64,000 nucleotides of DNA from Lachnospiraceae bacterium UBA4631 (GTDB taxonomy: Bacteria > Bacillota > Clostridia > Lachnospirales > Lachnospiraceae), in assembly GCA_002406015.1 (NCBI GenBank), contig DHMX01000023.1, forward strand, positions 238,233 to 302,232, written 5' to 3'. Below the pieces are notes generated by a model that worked only from the letters and a program-made list of their open reading frames with translations, searched no databases and had not been told where the DNA came from. A program made the translations under genes and the position numbers. Shown here piece after piece: positions 43,714-53,831 of this stretch; positions within the stretch are counted from its first letter, which is position 1; each line of letters opens with the position of its first letter.

Positions 43714-44678
43714 TGCGTGACAATCATATACAAAGAGGTTTATCATATATGGATGTGAAACTTCCGGATGATTATATACCTCCGAGAAAAATCAATAATT
43801 TGTATGGAGATGACTTGCTCTTTTATTTGAAATACAGTCGCATAAATTTCGAAAAAAGAAGCAAAGAAAAGAAAAATACGAATCGGGATCAAAGATGGCA
43901 TCCAGTTATGAGACTTGTATTTAAATTATCGAGAATGCTTTCAGGCATCAAAGTAGTTAAAATCAATGACAAACTTCCTGTGATTCCGCCTGACAGGCAT
44001 GTGATATACACGTTATCACATGTTGGCAAGGATGATCAGGCTGTGTTTAATGAGATAAGAACAAAACATTACTCGGTAGTATCAGGTGACTATGAAAGCC
44101 TGTATAATAACGTGGAGGGTTTATTTACAAAAGCAAATGGGGTACTTTTCTTTGATATGAATTCGAAAGAGGAACGGAGGACGATTGTTAACCGGGTAGC
44201 CGAGCGATTATCTGAGGATGATATATTATGCAGCATGGAGGGGGCATGGAATATATCCCCCAATTGTCTGGTATATGGTATCTTTCCCGGAATGATAAAA
44301 GCGGCATTGATGAGTAATGCAGTTATTATTCCGGTTGGAATCGAGAGATTTAATGCTAAATTATATTCCTTGAATGTTTCCGAGAATTATTTTGATCCCA
44401 TAGAAGAGAGAAAGAAGTTTTCAGAAGAAAAAGAGTTTATGGAATGGAGCAGGGATTATATCAGGCAAGAGCTGGCGAGTCTTAAATATAATACCTATTT
44501 TGATAAAAGGATTATAAAAGAAATAACCTGCCAAAGAAGCGAAATCGGAGATTTTGACGAATATTATACATGGTTTGTAAATGATATTTTAAAGGACTGG
44601 ACGTTTACAGAAGAAGATATTAACCGTAAAAGATACAGAGATCCGTTAGAACCGGAATTGGTATTAGGTAAGAGATAA
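43713..44678 (+). CDS. Second PlsC/LPLAT-like acyltransferase (divergent)
   Basis: YTLSHVGKDDQAVF (HX4D) and CSMEGAWNISPN (EG motif). The start overlaps the paralog 3 stop (TAATG). Confidence 0.55.
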
Positions 44679-45488
44679 TCATAACTCCGAACTATCCGGA
44701 CCGAAGGTTCGCTGAAAGCGTTGGCTTAATACATCCATTTCCATATACGCATTATAAAAGTTCTCAATTAACTGACAGGCAACCGGAACAGCCCCCTGCA
44801 TTCGCCGTTGCAGCTCCTGATTGCTGTCGGCACATCCCGTTCGTGGCTGGTCGGGCATAAGAAGCCCATGCATCTGCTTATAATTTCCGGTTATCCTTAA
44901 TATCAGCAAAAGCAGCTTACGTCTGGCAGGTATAGCAGCCTGTAAGAGCCGGTTGTAGTAAATCATAGACTTTAACGCCCATTCCACCTGCTTTGGCTTT
45001 ACGCGTGGAAAGAAGCGGGCAATTATCGTACAGTCAACCGTCTGCGGAAGAATGTGGGAAGTAAGACAATACCGGATGGGGTCCCGCTCATGCTCCTCCA
45101 GAAGCATACGGTCAAATTCCGTTTCCAGCTCCGTATGTGTCAGGTCACTGTGGCGGATTTTATATTCAATATAACCATGACATTCGCTGTCCAGTGCAAA
45201 ATGACAGATAAAGCCGAACATATAGGCAAGCCCCGCCTCCGGGTCGGACATATCCCGCAGAGCGGCTAAGCCCTTTCGAAAAAAAGTTCTGGCATTCTTG
45301 CCATGTAATTGATACCCCTGCCGATTAACGGGATTCGGAAAAAACGGATGATAATAAAAAAGAATATCGGGACCATGCAGCCCCACATAATACAAATCCA
45401 AATGATTACATAGAATCGTCTGCAATTCGTCAGGAAGTACAGCAAAAACCTCCCGCCCGAAGCTTTTATGTGCATAAGTTGATGGCAT
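44679..45488 (-). CDS. Zinc-dependent phospholipase C-family (Zn_dep_PLPC-like) protein
   Basis: MPSTYAHKSFGREV...GLHGPDILFY...FICHFALDSECHGYI shows His/Asp metal-ligand spacing like the PLC alpha-toxin N-domain family. The start is placed at 45488, after AAAGGAG; the 80-codon upstream extension in the track ORF has no support. Confidence 0.5.
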   Translation of the reverse strand: MPSTYAHKSFGREVFAVLPDELQTILCNHLDLYYVGLHGPDILFYYHPFFPNPVNRQGYQLHGKNARTFFRKGLAALRDMSDPEAGLAYMFGFICHFALDSECHGYIEYKIRHSDLTHTELETEFDRMLLEEHERDPIRYCLTSHILPQTVDCTIIARFFPRVKPKQVEWALKSMIYYNRLLQAAIPARRKLLLLILRITGNYKQMHGLLMPDQPRTGCADSNQELQRRMQGAVPVACQLIENFYNAYMEMDVLSQRFQRTFGPDSSEL

Positions 45489-45680
45489 AGTGTTTACTCC
45501 TTTCATAATAAATACAGAGCCTAGCAATAGTGTATCCATTTTTACAAGAGTGATACTATCACCGCTATGTAAAGAAATGATAAACGATAAGAAAAATCTG
45601 AGAAAAGCCGTATGAGCAGTTGTTGCAAAATACTTCCTGTGGTATGATAGTACCATATGATTTGGAAGGAGTATTGAGAT

Positions 45681-47240
45681 TTGGCAGAAGCATATATTAT
45701 GATAAATGACATTATGGAAGAGCATCATGCCCGGATGCAGAATCTCAAGAAATACTATCCGTTCTTTGTATTAAATGAGACTACCTTTACCCAGTATAAA
45801 GAAGGAAAATATGCATATCTGGATATGGGATATATAACAATGGCAAGTCTGCGGTTCCTGATTCATGAGAACCAGTTCAATGAACAGGCAGTAACCTATG
45901 AACAATACGAAGCCTTTTTGTCAGAGCTGTTACAGCGGGACTTTGACTTGCAGGAGGAGCCGGATGAGGAAGCCGAGCTGTTAGATTACATATTCGATAA
46001 ATTAAAAAATGACGGAAAGCCATTTGAATTTAAGTTCTTTGACCCGGAGGATAAGAAACGAAAGACTGCAAGAGTACGTTTGATTGAAAGCGAGCTGCGG
46101 GATGGAGTGGTAGAGTACCGGATTACTGCGGAAGGAATTGAATTTTATCTGGATACAAAAGAGGTAAAAGAAGAAAGCAATATCAGCGTTCAGCAGTTGC
46201 TTCTGGAAAAAATGATAAACGCTAAGAACTTCAAGGGTGGTATCGAGGTTGTCCGCCGCATTAACAGCGAAGTAAAGAAGCTGGTGCTGCAAAAGGAAAC
46301 CGTAGTAGAGCTGTTAAGCCGGGATGTGTTCCAAGGGGCAAAGGCATGTGAAGAATATATGCATACCGTTGGACGATGGTTTGAAGAAGAACAGAAGCTA
46401 TTTGCAAAAAATAAGGCATTAATCGAGCAGACATTAAGTATGGCAACCTCCGAGACAGCAGGACAAACCGCAACAAGCAGCTTCTACAAATCTTTGGAGG
46501 AGATTCACCAACTGGAAACAGAACTGAAAAAGACTATCTACCAGCATGGAGAGTTAATACAGGAGACAACAGAACTGCAAGGAATTGCCGACCAGATGAT
46601 TCATCAGGCAAAGCTAAAGAAGCTTCGGAATGTCTTTGATTTTCAGGGAATGTTAGCAAAGCTTAAAGAACAGGATGAGCCGGAAAAGCTGCAATACCTG
46701 TTAGCACCGTTTTTTGCACCGAAGATTGAAAAGACCTTTGCCGTAAAAAATATAGATAATCTCTTGAATTACAAAACCGATGCAGGCGAGGTCGGAGAAA
46801 CTGTCGTGCGGGAAACGGCAGATTTGGAATTCCGGTATGAGGACGAACAGGAGGAACAGCGGATTGCACATAACTTTGGCAGGATGTTTTACGAGCTGTT
46901 GGACCAGTTACAGAAAAAGCATACCATTGAATTAAAGGAATTGAGTGCAATTCTGGAGATAAAATACGGAGATACCTTCTTAAGAAACGGAGATTTTTAT
47001 TCATTTCTGGTACACATTGCACAGAAGCAGCAGTATTCGATACAGGGGCTTTATGAGAAGCCGGAGACATTTTTGGAAAATCTGGTGATTGAAGCTTTAA
47101 CAGAATCAGAAAAAGAACGATTTTGGACAATGAAGTTTTCTCTCCGCTTTTTAGAGCAGGAGGAGATACCGATTCAACAGGAAACCGCAGAATTTAACAT
47201 CACCAACATGGTGTTTGAACTAGAAGAAACGAGAGGATAA
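45681..47240 (+). CDS. Unknown 519-aa protein; first gene of the SMC-like triad (positionally MukF/JetA-like, i.e. candidate kleisin)
   Basis: TTG start 9 nt after GGAAGGAG. Helical and charged. No family recognised by eye; the assignment rests on gene order and size only. Confidence 0.4.
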   Translation: MAEAYIMINDIMEEHHARMQNLKKYYPFFVLNETTFTQYKEGKYAYLDMGYITMASLRFLIHENQFNEQAVTYEQYEAFLSELLQRDFDLQEEPDEEAELLDYIFDKLKNDGKPFEFKFFDPEDKKRKTARVRLIESELRDGVVEYRITAEGIEFYLDTKEVKEESNISVQQLLLEKMINAKNFKGGIEVVRRINSEVKKLVLQKETVVELLSRDVFQGAKACEEYMHTVGRWFEEEQKLFAKNKALIEQTLSMATSETAGQTATSSFYKSLEEIHQLETELKKTIYQHGELIQETTELQGIADQMIHQAKLKKLRNVFDFQGMLAKLKEQDEPEKLQYLLAPFFAPKIEKTFAVKNIDNLLNYKTDAGEVGETVVRETADLEFRYEDEQEEQRIAHNFGRMFYELLDQLQKKHTIELKELSAILEIKYGDTFLRNGDFYSFLVHIAQKQQYSIQGLYEKPETFLENLVIEALTESEKERFWTMKFSLRFLEQEEIPIQQETAEFNITNMVFELEETRG

Positions 47241-47245
47241 ATAGT

Positions 47246-47968
47246 ATGGATAGTCGCAATATGGATAAGGCATTAGAGCTATATGCCAAGCTTACAATGG
47301 GAGAAGAGGTTCGACGCTCCCATTCGGAAAATGGCAGTCTGTATGAAGAATACTATCAGAATGCAGAGGTCTATGAGATTCTGAATCAGATTTTGAAAAA
47401 ATTAAATCTGAATATTTATGAATACCATGAGGCTTTGTATCTTTGTGCCGGAGAGGGCAACCGGGTGTTCGGATATACCAACGAGGAGTTGAAGCGGATG
47501 CTGGGGCTTCGTAACAACCGAGAACTTTATATGGCGTATTATATTATGTATCAGATATTGCTGTGCTTTTATCAGGATTCTGCCTCCTATCAATATCGGG
47601 AATATGTCCGCTTAGAAGAAATTATAAAAGAAGTTACGGTGTCACTGGCTACGATAACCGGTGACCTTAGTATCTATGCAATGGAAGATATAGAGGAAAA
47701 CAGCTTCAAGAGCATTGCTCTGCTCTGGGAGGAGCTTCCGACTGTGACAGGAGAGGAACGTGAGCAGCTCCGGGCATCGCGGGCATCGCAAATGGGCTTT
47801 GCCAAGCTGGTCTGTAACTTCCTGATTACACAACGATTGTTTACCGAGGTTCATGAGCGATATTATCCGACAGACCGCCTGAAGGCACTTGCGGAGCAGT
47901 ATTTTGAAGAATATCGGGGACGGATATACGAACTGCTGGAAAGAGGTGAGACAGATGCCGAGCATTAA
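47246..47968 (+). CDS. Unknown 240-aa protein; second gene of the triad (positionally MukE/JetB-like)
   Basis: Starts 5 nt after the previous stop and overlaps the next gene by 14 nt. The assignment rests on gene order and size only. Confidence 0.4.
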   Translation: MDSRNMDKALELYAKLTMGEEVRRSHSENGSLYEEYYQNAEVYEILNQILKKLNLNIYEYHEALYLCAGEGNRVFGYTNEELKRMLGLRNNRELYMAYYIMYQILLCFYQDSASYQYREYVRLEEIIKEVTVSLATITGDLSIYAMEDIEENSFKSIALLWEELPTVTGEEREQLRASRASQMGFAKLVCNFLITQRLFTEVHERYYPTDRLKALAEQYFEEYRGRIYELLERGETDAEH

Positions 47969-50900
47969 TCGAATCAGGGTAAATAACGTAAAATATAATT
48001 TCGGAACCCAGCAATATGATGATTTTACCATGCGGATGTATGGAAGAAATACACTGTATGACTTGGCAAACGGTGGTGGCAAGAGTGTGTTAATGCTGCT
48101 TTTGTTACAGAACATGATACCGAATTGTACCTTGGATGATAAGCAGCCGATTGAAAAGCTGTTTCGTGCAGGCTGCGGTAATACCACGATTCATTCCCTG
48201 ATTGAATGGAAGCTGGATGCACCCGAACAGCATGAGGGCTACCGGTATATGACAACCGGCTTTTGTGCCAGAAAGGCAAAGGACTCACCGGACGAGGAAG
48301 AAGGCGGCAGGGAAATAGCAGCAATTGAGTATTTTAATTACTGCATTTTTTATCGTGACTATAATGCAAATGATATAGTAAACCTTCCGCTGGTAAAGGA
48401 CGGAGAGCGGACAACATTTACAGGCTGGAAAAATTACTTAAAGGAGCTGGGAAGACGGGACTTAAAGCTTGAGGTTCATGTCTTTGAACGAAAGGGCGAG
48501 TATCAGCGGTTCATCAGTCAGTATGGTCTGTATGAAAGCCATTGGGAAATAATCCGCGGCATTAATAAAACAGAGGGTCATGTGCGGACCTATTTTGAAT
48601 CCAACTATAAGACCGCAAGAAAAGTAGTTGAGGATTTGCTGATTGAAGAAATTATTGAAAAGGCATATCTGGTAAAGATTAATCAGAATGACAGTGCCGA
48701 CAATATGGCACATACACTGGTAGAAATTAAGGACAAGCTGGTAGAGCTGGCGAAGAAAAAGCGGGAAATCGCAGACTATGACCGGCAGACGGAATTGCTG
48801 CACGTATTAGAGGCTAGGGTATCCGCATTTTTAGAGCTGTATGAGAAGCAGGAAAAGCAACGTGCCAATATCGCAGATGTCTGCGTGACCGGAGCGACCA
48901 TTGCCCAGAACAGCGAGCAGAAAATGAAGGAGCTGGAGCAGCAGCGGGAGGAACAGCAAAAGCAGGTAGATACCCTACAGCGGAAGCAGGAAGCCTTAAA
49001 GATTAAAAAGGATGCATTGCGTCTGGAGGAATTAAATCAGGAAATAGAACGTCTGGTGAAGCAGATAGAGCAGGAGGAAGCATCGGTTGCTGCCTGTCAG
49101 CAGGAATTGAACCGGAAGGAAAGCGTAAATGAATATCTGGAATATTGCCGGGATAAGGAACAAAAGGAAGAACATGAAGCCATGATAACGGCATCCATGC
49201 AAAAAAACGGCAACCAGTTGGAAGAGCTGCAGGCATTAAGCCGGGAGAAAAAACGCAGGGATGATTTGGCGGTACAGGAATTAAGACAGACCTTACAGGA
49301 GGTTTCTCAGGCACAGGATGAGGCACAAAAGAAGAAGGATACCGCAGAGAATCTGGAACGCGAGGCAGCAATTGCGGCAGCAGTAGCTGCACATGATTGT
49401 GAACAGATAGAACAGCAGTATCAAAAAGACATGGAAGAAATGCAGGAGCTACGCAAGCAGTTGGTAGTAGAATCCTTTCAGGCACCGGAGGTGGTGCTTG
49501 AGGAGCAGGAGGCTGTCTATGCAAAACGGCAGGAAGCCCTTCAGAATCTGGAGGAGGAGCTTACCGGGCTTCAGAATGCATATTATGCAGAGCAGCAGCA
49601 TACCGAACAACTGCAACAGCAGGTGGAAGCAGGTGAACAGGCATATGCCAAGCTTCAGGAGCAGGGACAGCAGTATCGGCAGCAGGCAGACACCTTCCGC
49701 AAGATGTTAGATATTTACGGAGGCGGAACGGAAAATAAATCAACCGAATGGATGACAAATCAGGACATTACCGGACTGATTCAGAATATACATGAACGGT
49801 ATCTTACAAATGTTGCTTTGATTTCTGCCAGAAAAGAGCAGTTAGAGCAGAGCAAGAAGCGAATGAAGCAGCTACAGGAGGGAAGACTGATTGCCCCAAC
49901 CGCAGCGGCAGAGAAGGTAAAATACTATATAGAAAGCCGGCATGGAATGGATGCCGTCTTTGGAATGGAGTATCTGGCAGTCCAACCGATAGAAGTGCGG
50001 CAGCAATTACTTGCATCCCATCCGTTGCTTCCGTATGGATTATTAGTGGAGAATTTTGAAGCATTGGATATGGATTCCAAGCTAAGAAGCTTAAATCTCG
50101 GAGATGAGTTTCTTCCTATATATAATATGTCTATGTTAAAGGCTTGTTCTACCGAGAGTGAAAATGACTGCGTAATGTATCTGCAAAGAGGAAAGCAGGT
50201 ATTTCTGGCAGAGGAGAAGTTAGAGCAGGAGAAGCAGCGGCAGCAGGAGGAATTAGATGAATTGGCAGCCGAGGTACAACGATTAGAAGAAATGAGTAAC
50301 ACCTATCTGGAGGACAGTAATTTTGTTGCCGGGCTGCAGGGAATTGCAATTCTGGATGTAGAGCAGCAGACGCTGGATAGTAAGGAACAATTAAGAACTC
50401 TGCAGGAACAGTTGGAAGAAAGCCGGAAGGAAGCAGCACGCTTGCAACAGAAGCTTCAGGAAGCCAGACAGGAAATCAAAGAGCAGCAGGCTTGGATTTG
50501 CAGCTTCTTAGAGCAACGCGGTATTCTGCGTGCAGTAATTACCTGTAGTATAAGGCTGACAAAAGAGGAAGAACAGCTACGGGCTGCAAAGGCAGAGCAG
50601 GAGCGGGTACAGACCTTACAGGAGCAGTATCGGCAGGAGCTGCACCAATGGAGTGTGAAGCTGACGGACAGCACCAGACACCGTATCAGTCTGCAAGAAG
50701 AATTGGATAGCCGGCTGACGCTCTGGAATCAATATTATAAGGAATACTATACCGAGGAGAAAACCGGTGCGTTTGGATTCGATACCTTGTCCGAAGAAGA
50801 ATTGGATACCCGGTTCAAAGCCGTAAAGGCAGTATTTGAAAAGGATACGGTAGTATTAGAGGATAAAAAGCGGCTGATAGCAACCCTGCAGGCAGCCATG

Positions 50901-52403
50901 GATAAATCCCTGCGAACGATTCGTAAGCGGGGAAGCCGGATAGAGGAGCTGGAGCAGTTAAAGAAGGAGCATCGGCTATATCCGGCAGAGGAGCATGACT
51001 TGGAAGCCCTGAGTACAGAACTGTCAAGACTTGCTTTGGTAGTAGATACCATGAAGGCACATTTAGAGGGTCGCAGACAGAAGGCAAACCGTCTGGAGGG
51101 AAGCATCGAGCAGGCGGAACGAACCTTAGCGGAGAGATTCGGTACATACGAAGAAATAGACATTTCCAAGGAAGAACTGGAACGGGTTATGCAGGAGGGA
51201 GAGCAGAAATTAGCACACCTCAAGCAGTTAAGCCAGACCGCAGAGCGGGAATATCAGCAATATAGCCGGGAATATACGGTTATGCTGGACTTATATAAGG
51301 ACGTAAAGAGGATAGTAGAAACAAATAACATCCGCTTGCAGGATGCAAAGGTATTGTTGACCGGCAAGGAGCAGCTGCGGGAGGTCTTTGAAGCCAGTCT
51401 GCTGACATATGATAAAAGCACCAAGGCATTAGAGCGTGCAAAGAATGAATTACAGAGATATAAGGCACAGACCTCACAGGCATTAACGGAAATGCAGGCA
51501 TATGAATTATCCCATACCATCAGTAATGATGTGGTGGTTCCGGATAATTATGGTGAGGCAAAGCAGCTTCGGGATAGCCTGGATGCCATGATTCATGTGA
51601 TAGCCTTAGAAAAGGAGCGGGTAGAGCAGGGAATTACCGATATGCAGTTTATTAAGGCGAATTTTGAGAAGCAGTGTGTACAGCGTTGTCAGGATGTGAA
51701 AAATGAACTGGAAAAGCTTCCGAAATTATCCCGCATCCTGTTAGACGGAGAGCCGATACAGATGGTAGGACTGACGATTCCGTATGTGAAGGAGGAATAT
51801 ATTTCACAGAGAATGTCAGACTATATAGATGATATTGTGGAGAAGTCCGACCAGTTAAAGAATCCGAATGAACGCATGAAATATATCCGTACACGTCTGG
51901 AATTAAAGCGGTTATTCAGTGTAATCGTTACCGATATGAATAATATTAAGCTGACCTTATATAAACGGGAACGGATGAAGGAGCAGAGCCGGTATCTGCG
52001 TTACGAAGAGGCGGTTGGAAGTACCGGACAATCACAGGGTATTTACATTCAGTTTTTGGTGTCCATTATTAATTATATTTCCGGTATTTATGCACCAAAC
52101 GGCGAAAATGAAAAATTAACGAAGACCATATTTATTGATAATCCGTTTGGAGCTGCGAAGGATGTATATATCTGGGAGCCGATTTTTGCATTGCTGAAGC
52201 TGAATCATGTGCAGCTCATTGTGCCTGCCCGTGGAGCGACTCCTGCAATTACCGCACGTTTTGATGTGAATTATATATTAGGGCAGCAGATGGTAGGAAA
52301 GCGGCAGCAGACCGTAGTGGTAGATTACCGTAGTCAGGTAGAACAGGAAGAGCTGGAATACCGGAATCTGGAATATGAACAGGTGAGCTTTGATTTTATT
52401 TAG
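47955..52403 (+). CDS. SMC/MukB/JetC-like ABC ATPase with very long coiled coil (1482 aa)
   Basis: N-terminal head with P-loop LANGGGKS. Two roughly 350-480-residue Q/E/K/L/R-rich heptad-like arms are separated by a non-coiled hinge-like segment (about 49880-50210). The C-terminal head has STGQSQG (signature-like) and TIFIDNPFGAAKD (Walker B/D-loop-like). Confidence 0.75.
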   Translation: MPSINRIRVNNVKYNFGTQQYDDFTMRMYGRNTLYDLANGGGKSVLMLLLLQNMIPNCTLDDKQPIEKLFRAGCGNTTIHSLIEWKLDAPEQHEGYRYMTTGFCARKAKDSPDEEEGGREIAAIEYFNYCIFYRDYNANDIVNLPLVKDGERTTFTGWKNYLKELGRRDLKLEVHVFERKGEYQRFISQYGLYESHWEIIRGINKTEGHVRTYFESNYKTARKVVEDLLIEEIIEKAYLVKINQNDSADNMAHTLVEIKDKLVELAKKKREIADYDRQTELLHVLEARVSAFLELYEKQEKQRANIADVCVTGATIAQNSEQKMKELEQQREEQQKQVDTLQRKQEALKIKKDALRLEELNQEIERLVKQIEQEEASVAACQQELNRKESVNEYLEYCRDKEQKEEHEAMITASMQKNGNQLEELQALSREKKRRDDLAVQELRQTLQEVSQAQDEAQKKKDTAENLEREAAIAAAVAAHDCEQIEQQYQKDMEEMQELRKQLVVESFQAPEVVLEEQEAVYAKRQEALQNLEEELTGLQNAYYAEQQHTEQLQQQVEAGEQAYAKLQEQGQQYRQQADTFRKMLDIYGGGTENKSTEWMTNQDITGLIQNIHERYLTNVALISARKEQLEQSKKRMKQLQEGRLIAPTAAAEKVKYYIESRHGMDAVFGMEYLAVQPIEVRQQLLASHPLLPYGLLVENFEALDMDSKLRSLNLGDEFLPIYNMSMLKACSTESENDCVMYLQRGKQVFLAEEKLEQEKQRQQEELDELAAEVQRLEEMSNTYLEDSNFVAGLQGIAILDVEQQTLDSKEQLRTLQEQLEESRKEAARLQQKLQEARQEIKEQQAWICSFLEQRGILRAVITCSIRLTKEEEQLRAAKAEQERVQTLQEQYRQELHQWSVKLTDSTRHRISLQEELDSRLTLWNQYYKEYYTEEKTGAFGFDTLSEEELDTRFKAVKAVFEKDTVVLEDKKRLIATLQAAMDKSLRTIRKRGSRIEELEQLKKEHRLYPAEEHDLEALSTELSRLALVVDTMKAHLEGRRQKANRLEGSIEQAERTLAERFGTYEEIDISKEELERVMQEGEQKLAHLKQLSQTAEREYQQYSREYTVMLDLYKDVKRIVETNNIRLQDAKVLLTGKEQLREVFEASLLTYDKSTKALERAKNELQRYKAQTSQALTEMQAYELSHTISNDVVVPDNYGEAKQLRDSLDAMIHVIALEKERVEQGITDMQFIKANFEKQCVQRCQDVKNELEKLPKLSRILLDGEPIQMVGLTIPYVKEEYISQRMSDYIDDIVEKSDQLKNPNERMKYIRTRLELKRLFSVIVTDMNNIKLTLYKRERMKEQSRYLRYEEAVGSTGQSQGIYIQFLVSIINYISGIYAPNGENEKLTKTIFIDNPFGAAKDVYIWEPIFALLKLNHVQLIVPARGATPAITARFDVNYILGQQMVGKRQQTVVVDYRSQVEQEELEYRNLEYEQVSFDFI

Positions 52404-52418
52404 AAGAAGGTGATACTT

Positions 52419-52922
52419 GTGGGAAAGAACAAGGAAAAAGAGAAAGACATTAAAACCAATGCAATGCGGATATTGGACAAAAACAAAATTCCTTATACGG
52501 TACACACCTATGAATGTGAAGAATTTATTGACGGTGTCCATATTGCGGATATGCTGCAGCAACCGTATGAAATCAGCTTTAAGACTCTGGTGGCAGTCGG
52601 AAAAAGCGGAGAATATTATGTGTTTGCCATTCCGGTAGACAAGGAGCTTGACATGAAAAAGGCGGCAAAGGCAGTAGGAGAAAAATCCGTAGAATTAATT
52701 CATGTGAAAGATATACAGTCTGTCACCGGCTATATCCGGGGCGGCTGTACTCCGATTGGAATGAAGAAAAATTATAAGACGGTATTGCATGAGAGCATTG
52801 TTCGGTATGACAGCGTGATTATCAGCGGCGGAAGACTTGGCTCCCAGATTCAGATACAACCGGAGAATCTGATAAAGGTAACGCATGCCAAGGTGGAAGA
52901 TATTCTTATGCAACCGGAATAA
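52419..52922 (+). CDS. ybaK: Cys-tRNA(Pro)/Cys-tRNA(Cys) deacylase YbaK
   Basis: KTNAMRILDKNKIPYTVHTYE parallels the E. coli YbaK N-terminus; GYIRGGCTPIGMKK is the conserved GG-x-SPxG-like loop. GTG 52419 lies 8 nt after AGAAGAAGG. Confidence 0.85.
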   Translation: MGKNKEKEKDIKTNAMRILDKNKIPYTVHTYECEEFIDGVHIADMLQQPYEISFKTLVAVGKSGEYYVFAIPVDKELDMKKAAKAVGEKSVELIHVKDIQSVTGYIRGGCTPIGMKKNYKTVLHESIVRYDSVIISGGRLGSQIQIQPENLIKVTHAKVEDILMQPE

Positions 52923-52967
52923 AGACCGTTTAGCATTTTATATCGGCTGCTCCGGGGATTGTCGGCA

Positions 52968-53831
52968 TCAGGATGCCTGACGTTCACCGGAAGCACCCTG
53001 ACACAGTTCGGCATTATTCCTTGCAAAGATTAAGAAATGTCTTGGGGTAATGCCGGTATACTGCTTAAATTCCCGCTGGAAATGAGCCTGATCTGAGTAT
53101 CCAAGCTCGGACATATAATCGCATAAAGACAGCATCGGCTGCTGCAAAATGGAATCAATTACGTTCTGGAAACGTACAATCCGGGCAAAGGTTTTTGGCG
53201 TGATTCCCATGGAATCCTGAAAAATGCGGGAAATATGCCGCTCGGAATAATGTAATTCCTCTGCCAGCTCATGAATCCGGACATTTCCCTGCGTAGAATT
53301 AATTTCACTTAATATGTACCCGGTGAGAGGATTGACCTCTGATATATGAATATAAGAATCCATATAGGCATGAAACAGATTCATTTTCTCATTCAGGGAA
53401 GAAGACTGCTCCAGCTTCTGAAAGAAAATCTCCAGAGTATCTTCCATTTCTTCAAAAAACAGTTCTTGATTTGTAATGTCCCGCAAGGTCAGATTGTGAT
53501 AAGAAATAAACATACCCGGCTTTAACCGCACACCGAAATAGCGGGCGTTCTTAATGCGGTGGATACGCTTTACTTCAATACTCGAACCCAGAATCTCCAT
53601 GTGGCTTCCGTATTTGTCCAGAACAAATAAAATATCGGTACATCCATTCGGAATATAGGTAATTCCGGCTTTGGAGGAATCATCATTATTTGTTTGAAAT
53701 TCGTAAAAGAGTGCCTGATACGGCTCTGTCTGCATGATTTCACGAAAGCTCTGTACAGATTCGTAGAAAAATGGCTGATGCATGATAAAATGGCTGTCAT
53801 GTTCATAGTTAAGGTTCTTCATAATACTCAC
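52968..53831 (-). CDS. AraC-family transcriptional regulator
   Basis: The C-terminal double HTH (IHELAEELHYSERHISRIFQDSMGITPKTFARIVRF...LGYSDQAHFQREFKQYTGITPRHF) is canonical AraC/XylS. Confidence 0.85.
   Translation of the reverse strand: MSIMKNLNYEHDSHFIMHQPFFYESVQSFREIMQTEPYQALFYEFQTNNDDSSKAGITYIPNGCTDILFVLDKYGSHMEILGSSIEVKRIHRIKNARYFGVRLKPGMFISYHNLTLRDITNQELFFEEMEDTLEIFFQKLEQSSSLNEKMNLFHAYMDSYIHISEVNPLTGYILSEINSTQGNVRIHELAEELHYSERHISRIFQDSMGITPKTFARIVRFQNVIDSILQQPMLSLCDYMSELGYSDQAHFQREFKQYTGITPRHFLIFARNNAELCQGASGERQAS

Noticed and set aside
45489-45728. 80-codon N-terminal extension of the Zn-PLC-like ORF in the six-frame track
   Set aside because: The extension is hydrophobic nonsense running into the divergent promoter region. 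A good RBS (AAAGGAG) precedes the internal ATG at 45488, where family similarity (MPSTYAH...) begins.
48025-51894. Many 60-170-codon minus-strand and off-frame ORFs inside the SMC-like gene (for example 49003-49524 and 50747-51223)
   Set aside because: The repetitive GAG/CAG/AAG-rich coiled-coil coding sequence has few stop codons in other frames. The translations are low-complexity (P/S/A/R-rich) and lack RBSs.
52410-52922. Considered whether the gene after the SMC-like ATPase could be the missing JetD/MksG-type nuclease
   Set aside because: It is clearly YbaK (Cys-tRNA deacylase) by N-terminal and GG-x-x-P-x-G motifs, is only 168 aa, and has no Toprim DxD motif.
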